Below, in pieces: positions 12,191 to 25,040 of a stretch of 64,000 nt of DNA (positions are counted from its first letter, which is position 1; the number at the start of each line of letters is the position of its first letter). A model generated the notes under the pieces. It was not told where the DNA came from, ran no database searches, and worked only from the letters and a program-made list of their open reading frames with translations. The translations under genes were made by a program, and so were the position numbers. The stretch is from Lama guanicoe. Taxonomy: Eukaryota. The DNA is taken from positions 3,038,001 to 3,102,000 of the forward strand of contig MU053304.1 of assembly GCA_013239625.1 (NCBI GenBank), given 5' to 3'.

Positions 12191-15100
12191 GACATGATCA
12201 CTACCCAAACTCAGACCGTTGCATCCATCTGTCCTTTCTCATACTTCTCATGCTTTTATCCAAATACTGTTGTGTGCATGCAACTCATCTCCATGATGTC
12301 CCACTCTGGCCTTCCTTGACAGTTCTCTCCCGTCCTTCCATCTTTCACTCCCCTATCTCCTTTCTGCAGTTGAAACTTGAGTCTATGGCAAGAGCATCAC
12401 TTCCCTCATGGTCTTCTCAAGGTGACTGCTGGACCAGGAGCAGGTGGAGACCACCCTTCTTGTGCTTCCATGATGGTCCTTCTTCACTTCAGCACACTCT
12501 TCCCCCATCCCCTCCTTTGAAGTACAAGTGTGTCATTAGACCGTCTTACTTCCCCTCCTCCTGGCTGACACTCAAAGGTCTTGATCAGTTCTTCACATGC
12601 CTTGAAGAATTTGGCACAGACTCACTGTTCCTCTCTCACTCTTGCTGCTGACATCAGTTTAGGCAACTTTATAACCACATGTGTGGCATGATGCCACTTA
12701 CAAAATGGTCTTGTCCCATCCCCAGCCCAGCTTCTATTTCCAACTAGGAATCAGGGAATATGCTAAATAATACTACAGGAATGCAACCAGTGGAACCCAG
12801 AAGGCGGGAATCTCAGGGAAAAAAGTCCCGCTTTCTCCAAAACATAAATCACAAAGGAAAAAGAGAGAGGATAGCAGTGGTGATAAGAAACATAACCAAA
12901 AGTAAAAGAGAAGCAACTCACACAAATGCGATCTGTAGACCTTATTTAGCGCTTCCACTCAAACAAATCCACTGCAAAAAATAAAAACAACCTTGTTTTG
13001 AAACAAACAGAGAAGTTTAACTATTGACTGAACATTTGGCAACATTAGGGAATTAGTGTTAATTTTTAATAATGAAATTGTTCCTGTGATTTGAAAGTCC
13101 CTGCTTAAAAAGAAAAAAATCCATGTGGATGGCCCGTCCAATGTGGTAGCCTTCGCCATCCCACTTGAGCCTCATAGCCACAGTCATACCCATGAGCCTT
13201 GCTTCTCGGGCTGCCCCAGCCCCTCCAGCCTACTCACTGCCACACTAAGTCCTTCTGTCTGAGGGCTTCTCATCTTTTCCTAGTCTCTTAGATACATTCC
13301 AGTTTCATCTCCTCCTCTCTGGTCCAGACCCCATGCTTCAGCCCAGCAACCTCTCTCTCTCTACCATCATCATTGGCCCTCTTGCCCTCTTGTCCTTGCA
13401 CTGGTCTAGAGGCAGAGGCTAAACCTGAACCAGTCTTGCTGGTTCCCTGCTCTTACAGCCAAGCTGCAGTGGGCTGCCTGACACATGCAGGATCAGCACG
13501 TTGATTGTCTCTGACCTCAGTGAAGCCCCAACACCGTGGAGCAATCCTTCAGTGTATCCTGTGTCTGTCATTGGCTCTTACAAAGCTTCCCCTTTCCTCT
13601 CAAAGCCCCAGCCTTGCCTCTTCACTCATCACTCTCAAGAACACAAGTCTTTCACCAGGAAAAACAAGATCATCAGATGCCAACTCCATCAACTTCCACC
13701 TCTCACCCCATATCATAAATTTGTCTCCGTTTGCTCCCACTCTTCCCCCAGCATCCCTTGTTCTAAAGGAAGAGGTACCTCAATTGACTTGTGTTCTGAG
13801 AAGCATTTCTCCCACCTCTGGAGGGAAAATGAGCCACCATTTATTCCCCTCACTGAAGCTTCAGCTCTTTAATATCTTCAATCTCTTCTCAGTCTCTCTT
13901 TTTTCTCTGTCTCCTTCTGTCTGTCCCTCTCTTTCAATATGTTTCCACCTTAAAAAAAAATCTTCTTCTATTATTTCCTCTTACTTTTACTGCCAAACTA
14001 TTTGTCACCATTTCTTCTTCACCTCGTTACTCCTAAAATCACCAACAACCCTACATAATGCCATGACTGAAAGAGTCAACTTTGCCAGATGCAGAAGACA
14101 GTATCCCATCCCACTAATGAGAAGTGCTGGGGAGGCAATAAAGAGCTTGGAAACACGCTGGTAAGTACAAGTCAAATCCACATGTAAGGGCAACGACTAC
14201 TGCCAGGCATTAGTAGCCTTACACAAAAGACTTCTGGAAAATGTATGCCTTGAACAACTCAAAAGGGCTCGAGTGATTGGAGATGAATCCCAGAGAGAAA
14301 GGACTAGAGTCTAACTATAAATCAGTAGTGGAAATTGATGTCCTTGGGAAGACGGTACAAAGCGAAAGGGTTACTATGACTAAGAAAGAGTAAAGTCCAA
14401 CCCACGGAGTTCACCAGGAGCTTTAGGGAAGTTTAAAGGAGTCCTTTGCTTCCTCCCTGTCACTTGAATTTAAGGATGAGAATTAGTTCACGGATTACAT
14501 ATATAATTAAAATAAGTTAAAAAAAAAGGAAGATGCTAGTGAAAAGTACATTCTGTACAGTTGTGCTTACATGAAATCAAGAACCGTCAAACTCATCTGC
14601 TAGGAAATAGGTCAGAACAGCTGTTATCCTGGGCCTGCACAGATGTAAGGGGACATGAGGGAGCCTTCCGGGCACTGAAAATATTTAATACAGCCCAGAG
14701 GTGTCACCCAGGTATGTGCAAATTCATCAAGCTGCACCCTTAGATTTGTGCCTTTTAATCTATTTTAATGATACCTCATTTTAAAATTAAATAGAAAGTA
14801 TGTTTTTCAAAACGAAAAAAAAAAAGTAAGGAAAAGAAAAACTGTGAATTGGGAGCAACCTTCCTAACCTGAGAACATGGTTAATGCAGTGAGACCAATA
14901 AATTAGATTTTCAAATCGCGCAGCTGAGACCCTGCGCTGCATTCTGAACCCAGGCTTAACAATCCAGCTTTGTGATTCCAACTTGGACTGCTGGGGGGAT
15001 GCGCTGATCTGCCCATGGGTTTACACCCAAGCACTTGACACTGGAACGTTTCCATTGTGATGAATAAATTGGCATTTTGGCCTGGTAAATTCAGTCTCCA

Positions 15101-15589
15101 GAAACTCAGCTAATATTTATTAGTATTTCTGGTCCCAAAAGATTCAAACACTCTCAGAGCACTAACAAAATGTGCTACTTTCCTGGCTCCGCAAGGATCA
15201 TCCGGTGAGGTCTCTCAGCAGTAGTCTGTCAAATGTACCTCTGTCCCCTGACAATGGCCCTCTCTGGCTGTGCTGCCCCAAGAGAGGGTGCCTGGCGGTG
15301 ATTGGATGGGTCTAGGGTGATTCTCAGGAATTCCAAACCAACCTCCTCTAAACCCCCTTTAATTTTGCCAGAGTCTCTCCATGTCTCACCTTATTCGTTA
15401 CAGCTCTCTCTGGTACCTCTGTATCCATCTTCCATCCCACCTCCCTCTCCTCTTGCTTTGACTTTTTCAGTAGTTCCCCAGAATTTCCACGTTCAAGTTC
15501 AAACCATTGCACTTAGTTGAGGTAACAGTTTCGCTTCATCTGCAGCTACTCCACCCTACACCCACTCCTTGCTTACTTTCCGCTTCATC

Positions 15590-15800
15590 TGGTGTTGCTC
15601 AGTTGGTGGCATGATTGACATTTGGGTGGGACAGTTCTTCACTGTGTGGGACTATCCTGTGCATTCCAGTAGGTTTAGCATCCCTGTCTCCTGCCCACCG
15701 AATGCCTGTGGTGCCCACCGAATGCCTGTGGTACCCACCTTCAGACACTGTGATGACTAGAATATGCCTCCAGCTATTTCCAAACACCTGCTGCTGCCCC
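15590..15800. mobile_element. MER20-like hAT-Charlie DNA transposon fragment
   Basis: ATTGACATTTGGGTGGGACAGTTCTTCACTGTGTGGGACTATCCTGTGCATT..AGG.TTAGCATCCCTG. Confidence 0.7.
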
Positions 15801-16984
15801 TTTTCCAGTTGTATGGCTCCTACTGGCCCTTCAGATCTCAGCTTAAATGAGGGCTAAACCATATACAATTGCCATCTTCACAGCTTGAGAACACTGAATA
15901 TTGGCCATTTAATGTGGTTCAAGGGAATATTTTTTTCTTCGGGAAACCCTTACTGCTAATGTCCTATATTTAGCCTCCTATGACTTCCTTCGTCCGAGTT
16001 CTTACCACCCCATGTTGTAATACCTGATTTTCGCGGTGTCCTCTCCCTCTCCTCACACTGCTCAGCCTTAATTATCTGGGAGTGAAGACCAAATCCTAAC
16101 TTAATCTCTTGGTATCTCCAGCTTCACTTGGCTCAGTGCCTGACTCATAATAGACACTAAACCCATGTTTGATGAATAAACCAACAGGATGTTGAGCACA
16201 CTTTCCCCGATGACTCAGTGTTGTTATTCGTGAGCACAGAGATGCCTTCAGGACCTGCTGAATCACAGGCTTTGGCTCTACACCAAATGACCCACTATCG
16301 CCCACTTTATGGATGTGTGTACCTGGATTTTGACTCCTGTCATCGGCGTACCTGCCCCCGCTAATCCTCCGTGGCCTTTGGAATCTGCAGCAGACTGGAG
16401 TGCTGTGCCAAGGCGCTCCATAGTCTTCTTATCGAATTTCTGGGTTCTTGCTAGGTTTCACACAATGTCTCCCCTCCGATTAGTGAGGCAATCAGTTTCT
16501 AAAAACCCTCTGAATAATCATTTCCTCTTTGGAAATGGCTTAAAGATGACTCAGAAGGATGTGCAAAGAAGAGCAATGTTCCCGTGCGGAGATGCCCACT
16601 CCCAGGACCACATCTGGTGACAGGATGATGGACTGAGTGATTTCTCAATGTATTTTCTAAATGGTTGCTGTGTCCCTGTAGTCACAAAATATTTGGGCAT
16701 AAATTTTTTTTATTTTAAAAAGTTTTATATCAATAAATATTGAACTATGTCTCAGATACAGGATCTTTCTAATTTTGGTTTGAATGACTTGAATTTTTTT
16801 AAAAAAAGTCAAAAAACCTTCCTATTATAATTCATACAGAATGAAGTCCAGGGCCATAAGGGATTAAGATAAAGGGAACAACCAAGCAGAAGTAAATGGG
16901 GAATATAATTTTTAGAAAATTGTAGTATTTACCAAACCTTTAAATATTTGTAATATGCCTCTTAATAAATACTACTTAACTCAA

Positions 16985-17445
16985 TCAATTTTTGGTGCTT
17001 TCTTTTATTTTCAATATTTATTTTTCTTATCATTTTTTTCTTTTTTACAAGGTAATTACAACAGTGTAGGAAAGAAAACTATACAAACAGAAGAATGTTA
17101 GATGCTTCTTTTTTTAAAATAGCCTTCTGCTTGTCTGTATCTTATTCCTTCAAACTTAACTTTCTAACTCATACTAAGTCAAACAGCTTATGGAAAACCA
17201 GTATTAAATAGCAAAACACAAAAAACCCACATACATAAATAACATAACATAAAATAGAGTATAAGGTAATGCTTAACAAAGCAAACTATGATGCAATATG
17301 AATCAACTTCATTAATTGGACAAGTCCAAAGAGGCGCAAACTAGATAAGCTCTGAGCCCCCAGCAGCGTGCCGGTGGAACCAGCTCCAGCTGGGTTCTTT
17401 TTGTTCTTGGGCGGCGTCCAATTCCGTTCCAGGGAGCATCTGTTT
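16985..17445 (-). other. CCL20: CCL20 3'UTR with AU-rich elements and poly(A) signals
   Basis: U-rich on the minus strand, with ATTTA pentamers (plus-strand TAAAT at 17205-17209 and 17236-17240) and two AATAAA hexamers (plus-strand TTTATT at 17004-17009 and 17017-17022). The 3' end is approximate. Confidence 0.8.
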
Positions 17446-17467
17446 TTACATCTTCTTGACTCTTTGA
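17446..17467 (-). CDS. CCL20: CCL20 exon 4, coding part
   Basis: Acceptor TCTTTTTCTCTTGATAG|; encodes (S)QRVKKM*, with TAA at 17448-17446. Confidence 0.95.
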
Positions 17468-20159
17468 CTATCAAGAGAAAAAGACAGAAAAAATAAGCAA
17501 AGACCTGGCAGGCAGGAATGCCTTTGGTACCTGCAGATTGCCTCACATGCCCTAACCTCATCTCAGGATGCCAAGCAACTCAGAGTCCAGGTGAGGAAAT
17601 CGGGTTCAGCAAGGATAGGCCTTGCCCAGCGTAACCCAGCTAAGTAATGGGAGAGGCAGTTTACGCCCAGTTGCGTTGTGTCTTCGTTCAGTGTCTGACA
17701 CCCTCGGGTGAGGGGACTCTAAATGTCACTCTCGTATCATTGATGTAAATCAGAGCCACTGGTCCCTTCCCAGCTTTTAACAACCATATGTCATGTCGTC
17801 TGTAAATTATACAAATAGGAAGCATCTTTGCAACAAGAATCAAGCAGCTAGTGCCAATCAAGTGCATAGAAGAATCTGATATAGCATGTGAAAAATCACT
17901 AAATTAAAAAAGTTAAAATGATCTACAAGTGGAAGAAAATGAATTTTTGTATTCATAGTCCAATTCAAATTTCCCTTTTAAAATTCTACCGTGCTTAGGC
18001 TAAAAGCATCCCCGTGAGCCTATGATCCACCACTCTGAACATTGCTCTTGCCCCGAACGTTTGGAGGGAGGTTAACGGACTGGGGACGTTCCGTACCTGA
18101 GGATACGAACAGCTTGTTTCACCCAGTTCTTCTTTGGATCTGCACACACGGCTAATCTTTTCCTTGTGTGAAAGCTGAAAAATCAGACAAATTAATTTGT
18201 ATTTAAAGAGCTTTTAATTTTTTTTCCCACAGAACATGCAATGAAAATTTCATATCCCAACTGTTTGCTCTATACCTTATACAGTTCATTTGTTTCAGAG
18301 GTGAGACAAATGCAAAAAGAAAGAAAAAGTTCCTTCTGATGACGCTTGACGCAAGGAATGAAAGTGATTCTCCCTGACTTTCGCTGCAATTTGGTTGCTC
18401 AGTGGCAGAAAGGTTAAGTCCCAGAACTGTTATTTAATTTTGTTTGTGGTGGTTACATGAACTATGTATATATCTGATCAATAGCTTTTCTCATTCAAAG
18501 TATAATACCCTCTATAAATCAAGAATATTGTATGTGACAGTATAATTGCTCTGAGCTTTTACTTACAGCCCCAACCACTTTCTGGTAGAAGATGCTCATT
18601 TCAAAGTTTATGTCTCTTGTATTTTCCTGAGATAGCATTTTAGTTGCTTATAAGTTTATCTTTGAAAGAGATTTTGCCCTCAGCTATATTCATTCTTTAA
18701 ACTAAGCTTTTGTTTTCTTCCAGTCCTATTGAAAATGAGCTTTGAAGTATACATGTCTACTAAAACAAAGCTGTCTTTGCTACAGCAGAAATTTCTGAAT
18801 GAAACTCCAAAAAGGCAAAGCTTTTTCTACCTGAAATTCCCATGGATTCCTAACATAATCGGCTTAGAACTCTTCATAACTTACATGATTGCGTTGATGT
18901 CACAAGCCTCATTGGCCAGCTGCTGTGTGAAGCCCACGATAAATCTGGGGTGAAGGATTCGTTCTGTATATTGGAGGCAGCAGTCAAAGGTGCTTGCTGC
19001 TAAAAAGAAATGAAAGGTACTGAGTCCACATAAGTGAACTTATTTCATGATAAATATTCTGGAAAACCTAGAATCTGATTCATATGGTAAATAAACTACC
19101 TAGAACAGTTCCAATACCTCTGAGACCCAATTTAACATAGTTTCCAGTTCTCTTAAAAAAATAGTTTATGTACTGAGAAATGTTGGTTCAATAGTACTAT
19201 TTAGAAGCACATGACTTCTCATAGAAGGAATACCTTTAGTAAGAAACACAAACTGACAGTGTTTTATTTCCATTCACTGAAATCACTCAAGAATATGTAC
19301 CTCCTTCTTGAAGAAACCCTTATGAGTAGACTTTCAAATGAATAAATTGGCAAATTTTAATCTACTATCTGGTTACTGAGTATTGAGAGGAAGGGGAAGA
19401 CAAGAAGTTACAAAGGAAAATAATTTATAGGAGCTGCTAATAAGAGCTTCAATTAAAGCATTTTGAAATTATAATATTAGTTAATACGAATTTTTTATTT
19501 TGTTCATAAAAGTTCAACACATGTATCTTCAGGAATGCACCTGTTGCTAAAAATGAGGTATTCTTACAGTAGTGAAACGATTCTTGGACACTCCCCCAAG
19601 TTAAATTACAACCTTCTGTAAGGTAAGGGATGCATTGGCAAGTGATGTCCTCAAAGCCTTGTAAGAATGAAGTCAGGGCCCTAATCCATCCCTAAAGGAT
19701 GAGTTTTGAACTTTGACAAAGTGAGAAAGTTGGAGAAGTGGGAGCGTTTCCTGCATTTCAGAATGACCCCATTCAGTGATAATGGTACACAATTTACCTC
19801 ACTCCCAGAAATAGCACTTTGGGCTTGTTCTGGAGCTTGGAGGTCTCTAAGAGTCCATCCACTCCCCTAAATCTGCTGGAATTAACCAAAGAAAAAGATC
19901 CTGATGGACAGCTGTGACCATTCCCTCTTCTACTCTCCAGTAAGATCACAACCCTCATCACCTCCTTTTGAAGATTTCCTAACAGGCTTGCATCCCCTGG
20001 GGACCCTCAGAGGAGCTCAAGGCCTGGAGGAAAATGAAAACAGTTCTTCCTCCTGTGCTCGAAGAAAGGGTGACACCTACCTTCTGACTTGCTGCAGAGG
20101 TGGAGTAGCAGCACTGACATCAAAGCAGCCAGGAGCAAACTCTTGGTACTGCACATCAT
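17446..20159 (-). CDS. CCL20: C-C motif chemokine 20 (MIP-3alpha/LARC), 4 coding exons: join(20081-20159, 18885-18999, 18097-18174, 17446-17467), 97 aa
   Basis: Manually spliced translation [97 protein letters not shown]. It has a signal peptide, the DCC motif and four chemokine cysteines. All introns are GT-AG, and 79+115+78+22 = 294 nt is in frame. Confidence 0.98.
18097..18174 (-). CDS. CCL20: CCL20 exon 3
   Basis: Acceptor GATTTTTCAG|; encodes [26 protein letters not shown]; donor CAG|GTACGG. Confidence 0.97.
18885..18999 (-). CDS. CCL20: CCL20 exon 2
   Basis: Acceptor TTTCTTTTTAG|CAG|CAA (tandem NAGNAG); encodes [39 protein letters not shown]; donor CAT|GTAAGT. Confidence 0.97.
20081..20159 (-). 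CDS. CCL20: CCL20 exon 1, coding part (signal peptide)
   Basis: ATG at 20159-20157; encodes [26 protein letters not shown]; donor GAAG|GTAGGT at 20080. Confidence 0.97.
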
Positions 20160-20224
20160 TTTCAGCTCAAAGAATGGATGTGCTCAGTGCTGGGTACCCA
20201 GTGCTCTGGGAGTGCTGTAAGGTT

Positions 20225-20375
20225 TGATAGCAGCCTAGGCCTAGGATGGCCCTACTTATAGCAAATATTGGGAATGTACACAGAAGGCGTGTTCCCACAT
20301 GGGGTTTTCCCCATTGATTAACCTGCCCCATTATGTCGTCATAAAGAAAAACCTCAGGGAAAACTTCCTGCCTTT
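20225..20375 (-). promoter_or_regulatory. CCL20: CCL20 proximal promoter (TATA-like box, NF-kB site, ETS site)
   Basis: Minus strand: TATAAGTA at 20260-20253, kappaB site GGGGAAAACCCC at 20312-20301, ETS core CAGGAAGT at ~20370-20363. The spacing fits the known NF-kB-driven CCL20 promoter. Confidence 0.85.
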
Positions 20376-21324
20376 CCCTAATGCTGGGAAGGTGTGAAGG
20401 TCAGGATCGAGTAGGGGGTGGAGGTTGAGAAGGGAAAATCCTGTAAAACCCTTTGAATTTGCAAAGGAGGAAAAGCAGTTCATTCCTGTGCCCAGAAAAG
20501 ATTTCTGCACAGTTTTAACTTAATCTCTTGTCTCTGAAAAGAGAGGATAAGGATGAACAGTAATACAAAGGTCATCCTCACACAGGAGCATTCCAGAACT
20601 CCTATTGTTACACTCTTGTTTGCTTTCAAGAGCCAAATGGGGGAGAGAGAGGATGAAGTGAACACCAAGCATACTCAGGCACGCAGGTACAATTTTATCA
20701 CTGGTACTCAGCTTTCACCAAAAGACTTGAATTTCTAGGCTACTCTTTGTAGCAGGTAATATAACAATGCTTAGTAGTGTCCCCAGTTTTAGTGGAAAAT
20801 ATTAGCTCTTAAACAAGACTCAAGCTTCAGCTTCATCTTGGTTTCAAGTCAACTTTTTCTAAACCTTCTACGTTAGCATGGCTCTAACCAACACTGCAGC
20901 CTGGAAAATGACCCCCACTTGCCCTTAACTCATCACGCTGATATGGTTACATAACTCAATACAAAGCCTCTGAAGAAAAAAAGAAGAGGAAACAACTCTA
21001 TCAGCAGTGGTTAATCAACAAAACAAAGGTCAAATTATAATGGTAGTGGTAATAATGTAGTATGAATCCCTAACCTCTGACAATGTAATAAGAACTCTCC
21101 ACCAGGAAGAATATCATTGTACGCTAAGGACTGGGTTTGAAATGACACAAGGGAGTTTGGGGGGGGGTGATGAAGTTATTTTCTATCCTATTATGGGCAT
21201 GGTTACACATAACTGCACATGTGTTAAAATTCACAGAGCTGTACATCAAAATAAAAAAGTGAATTGTATTATACGGCCATTTAAAAAATAGTTTAAAGAT
21301 ACTGAAATCATAAAAAAGAACTGT

Positions 21325-22408
21325 CCATTAAACATAAATAGGCTGTAAGTAAAGGATCCAAAAAGATTTATGATGCTAAGAGTAAACAAAAGAGAACTAG
21401 AGTTGCTATGCCTGATCTAACAAAATCGATTTTAAAACAAAACAAAAGTTACTGGGGATAAAGAGGGAGTTCCATAATGCTAAAGGATCAATCCATCAGA
21501 AAGATATATACCTAACAACAGCATCTCAAAATACATAAAGCAAAAACTGACAGAATTGAAGGGAAGAATAAAGAATTGAACAATAAAAGTTGGATACTTT
21601 GGTACCATATTTTCAATAATGAATAGAAAACCCAGACAGAAGATGTCCAAGAAAACAGAAGCCTTGAACAACACTATAAACCAACGAAACCTAACAGACA
21701 TCAATAGAACACTCTAACCAACAGCAATAGAACAGGCATGCTTCTGAAGTACACATGGAACATTCTTCCAAATAAATCATATGTTCTGCCATAGAACAAG
21801 TCTCAATAAATTTAAATCATACAAAATACATTTTCAAAGCACAATGGAATTAGAATTTAATGACAAAAGGAAATTTGGGGAATTCCTGAATATATGGATG
21901 TTAAACAGTACAGGCCTAAATAACCAATATGTCAAAGAAGTCAATAAAGAAAGAAAAAAATACTTTGAGACGAATGAAAATGAAAACACAACATATCAAA
22001 ACTTAAATGATGCAGTAAAAACCCTGCTCAGAGAGAAACTTAGAGCAAAACAATGGAGGAAATCAACAGAACCAAAAGTTGGTTAATTCTACTCAACATT
22101 CAAAGAAAAATTAAAAACCAATCCCTGATAAGCTTTTTTTTAAGAAAAGAGGAGGGAACAATTTATAACTCATTCTATGAGGACAGTATTACACTGATAT
22201 CAAAATAAGATAGAGACACCAGGAGAACACTACAGACCAATATCCCTTATGAATAGAGACACAGACATTCTAAGTGAAATGCTAGTAGACTGTGTTCAGC
22301 AACATACAAAAAGGATCATGCACTAAACCCAGGAAATGTAATACACAATAGTAACAGAGTGAAAAACAAAAACCATCTGAGAAGCATTTGAGAAAATCCC
22401 ACACCCAT
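21325..22408 (+). mobile_element. Old LINE-1 ORF2 fragment (endonuclease to RT-proximal region); 5' part of the L1 split by the inversion
   Basis: Degenerate ORF2 peptides (HRTSLNKFK, KYFETNENENTTYQNL); ends in GAAGCATTTGAGAAAATCCCACACCCAT, the L1 AFDKIQHP motif. Confidence 0.9.
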
Positions 22409-23053
22409 GCTTTAACAATCTCTGGTATCTCTTTCGGTTCTTGAAAGGAAGGAATTTATGCATGAGCCTATTAGTGGTTATCGAGTAGCATCATGTTTTT
22501 TTTTCTGAAAACTGGTATCGGACCTACTCCCTGTAAGAACTGTATGAAGTGTCACATTGATAGGTAGCTCATGTTTAATACTGAGACTGCGGCCGAAGGT
22601 GGAAGCCTTCTTCATCACGGTACTTCCTCTCGTGATGCCTGCACTGACCCCTGGCACCTTGGTTCTGGTTGGCTCTGCAGATCAGAGTGATATCCTTTGG
22701 TTACTCCTCCCCCAAATATCTCTTTAGTGGTCACGATGATATTTGTGGGCCTCTTTTTGAACCTCAGAAGCATTAGACCTTGGATTTCCTAGATCCAATA
22801 TGTAAGTATTTCTCGGTGTTATTACCCATCCTTGCAACATAGTGAATTTATGGGCTAGAGCTTTTGTCTCAAGATCAACAGGACACAAGGAAACAAGAGT
22901 TGTGGATATTTAGTGTGTTCTGGAAAGTACTTTTTACAAAACTGAGCTGCCCTGCTGAGGTTTGGGAGGAATCACCTGGCCTTAGCATACATAATAGTTA
23001 TTTTCTTCATAATTGCTTGCCCCAAATTGCCGTTTCTCAAAGAGCTTTCTTAA
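22402..23053 (+). pseudogene. ABCG2-like processed pseudogene, 3' half (transmembrane domain to stop), opposite orientation to the 5' half
   Basis: Plus strand reads HPCFNNL, ERKEFMHEPISGY, KLVSDLLPVR, LRPKVEAFFI, MIFVGLFLNL, LQHSEFMG*SFC and NHLALAYIIVIFFIIACPKLPFLKELS* (TAA 23051-23053). This matches the ABCG2 C-terminus as I recall it (NHVALACMIVIFLTIAYLKLLFLKKYS*). It has in-frame stops and frameshifts. Confidence 0.9.
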
Positions 23054-23099
23054 GCCAGTGCAGCAGGTATCTCTGAAACCCATGCCACATTCTTTTGGG

Positions 23100-23540
23100 T
23101 CACCTTGATTTCAGCCCCAGCCCCAGATAGTGGAGTGAACCCAGATCACATCAGGCTGACAACAGCTTACCCAGAGGTTGGTCTATTTGTCTTTCTGCTA
23201 CCAGGCCTTCTCAGGGCTGAGAGAGAATCCTGGACCAATCTCCTCACCCCCAGGCACAGCTTAAAACTGAACGCCCCTGAGGACGTTTCGCAGATAATGA
23301 AGGGTGTGAACCTGCTGACAATTAGTCTGTTCCCCGTCCTTCAGGGGGAATGATTCTGTAAGACTTCTCTTTGTTCTCTGGAGGTTCTAGTGGAATCAAT
23401 TCCCCAGTGCCCACAGAATGGCCTCGAAAGTTTTTCCTTCCCCTACCTCGACACCCCCACTACTTTGTTTCCTGGGATTAGCTCTCAGATACGTTACCTA
23501 CACCTGAGGCTCTGTTTTCAGGGGAATTCAAACTCAGAGT
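23100..23540 (+). mobile_element. ERVL-class LTR fragment
   Basis: The 3' end CTGAGGCTCTGTTTTCAGGGGAATTCAAACTCAGA resembles ERVL LTR termini. Confidence 0.5.
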
Positions 23541-24877
23541 CCAAGAAACAAGATGCCTGGTTTGTTTTCAGCATTCATTGTGGGAATTCACATTTTGCTA
23601 TCCTCCACTGAAGCTGGAACTTTTTATTTTTATTTTTAGTGATCTCTGTAATACCTCGGTGCTTGGTGTGTGTGATTAAGCCTGTATGGAAACTGTAGCT
23701 CATGTTACTATCTAAAGAAAACAAAAGCGTAGGCTGATGGTATATAATACCACCCATTTGATAATCAGATAATAAGCACTTGAGGAGGAAATGAGAAATG
23801 ATCTCTGACCTAGAGAGGAGAATCTGACTTCTTCATCTGGTCCTCATGGTTTAACCCTGATGAAGTTGAATGTCTCGCTGGCTTTGGTGTCTTCATCTTT
23901 AAAATTAAGGTCTTGAACTAGACGGTCTCCATGCTTCTCTAGCTTAGAAATTCTATGATTTGGTACTATTCAAAAGCCATAGTAAGAACCATGTTTTGTT
24001 CCTCAAAGCTCAGCTGCAGTCAAGAGCCAGTGGTGTAGAAGCTGGAAAGTTCAGGCTGTCTGGTTCTTTGTACCCTGAATCCCATCCACCTCCCACAAGG
24101 AATCAAATATCACATTCTCTATTAAAATATCTGTTATCTAGTAGGTGCTCAGTAAATGTTGTTTTTCCCTTACATTTTGGCATTTATTTTCCATATATTT
24201 AAATTTTTATTGATAGATCAATTTATTAAATCACACTGTTTCTTTCTTCCAATTTTTGTATACATGCTGCCAAAGCGATCACTGTACCTTTCTTCTATAA
24301 TTTTTTTTTTATTGAAGTATAGTCAGTTTACAATGTTGTGTCAATTTCTGGTGCACAGCACGATTCTTCAGTCATACAGTAAACGCTGTTTTAAAAGGAA
24401 CTTCTACCATCTTCCAAAAGACTTTTCATGGAATCCTTCTCAGGAAGAGAAGTTTTTGATGGTCACTCTGGTTAAGTCAGCATGGCTTGTCTTATTCTCA
24501 TCCGTCACAGAAATGGAAGGGGAGTTAACTTCTAAATAGTCACATTTTGTTAATTTCTATGAAAATATTTCATATAATATGAATATGGCACTTACCATAT
24601 TGCTTTGTTTTATAGTTATTTGTGTATTTTAGTTTTCTTATTGCAAATTTCCTTTAATGTAGTCATAATGTTCTAGCCATCTGTATATACCACTAAGTCC
24701 CTTCCACGGAAGACACTTGTCAAATTTTTTTCTGGAAAAAAAATAAAAAGAGCGAGACACTGGGACTCTACTACATGCAGGTCTCATTAGGAATACCCTG
24801 AGACAGTGGAAAAGAATGGCTAGAAACTAAATTCCAGTGTGGTAATAACCTTTTTAAAAATGTTTACATTAAAAAAA

Positions 24878-25040
24878 ATTTTTATTAAAGTATAGTCAGT
24901 TTACAATGTGTCAGTTTCTGGTATATATCATAAGATTTCAGTCATACATATACATATGTATATTCGTTTTCAGATTCTTTTTCATTATAGGTTACTACAA
25001 GATAACGAATACAGTTCCCTGGGCTATACAGAAGAAATTT
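24878..25040 (-). mobile_element. Truncated cetartiodactyl/camelid L1 3' end (related copies at ~24300-24380, 34435-34630, 50480-50830, 52120-52620, 53480-53770)
   Basis: TTTTATTAAAGTATAGTCAGTTTACAATG...CATTATAGGTTACTACAAGATA..AGTTCCCTGGGCTATACAG, shared among these copies. Confidence 0.8.

Noticed and set aside
13501..14164. 219-aa and 123-aa ORFs
   Set aside because: Pyrimidine-rich, likely L2-derived or low-complexity sequence, with non-ATG starts and no recognisable domain.
17286..17561. 91-aa minus-strand ORF as an extended CCL20 C-terminus
   Set aside because: It is in a different frame from the spliced CDS, which ends QRVKKM* at 17446. The ORF is intron plus 3'UTR.
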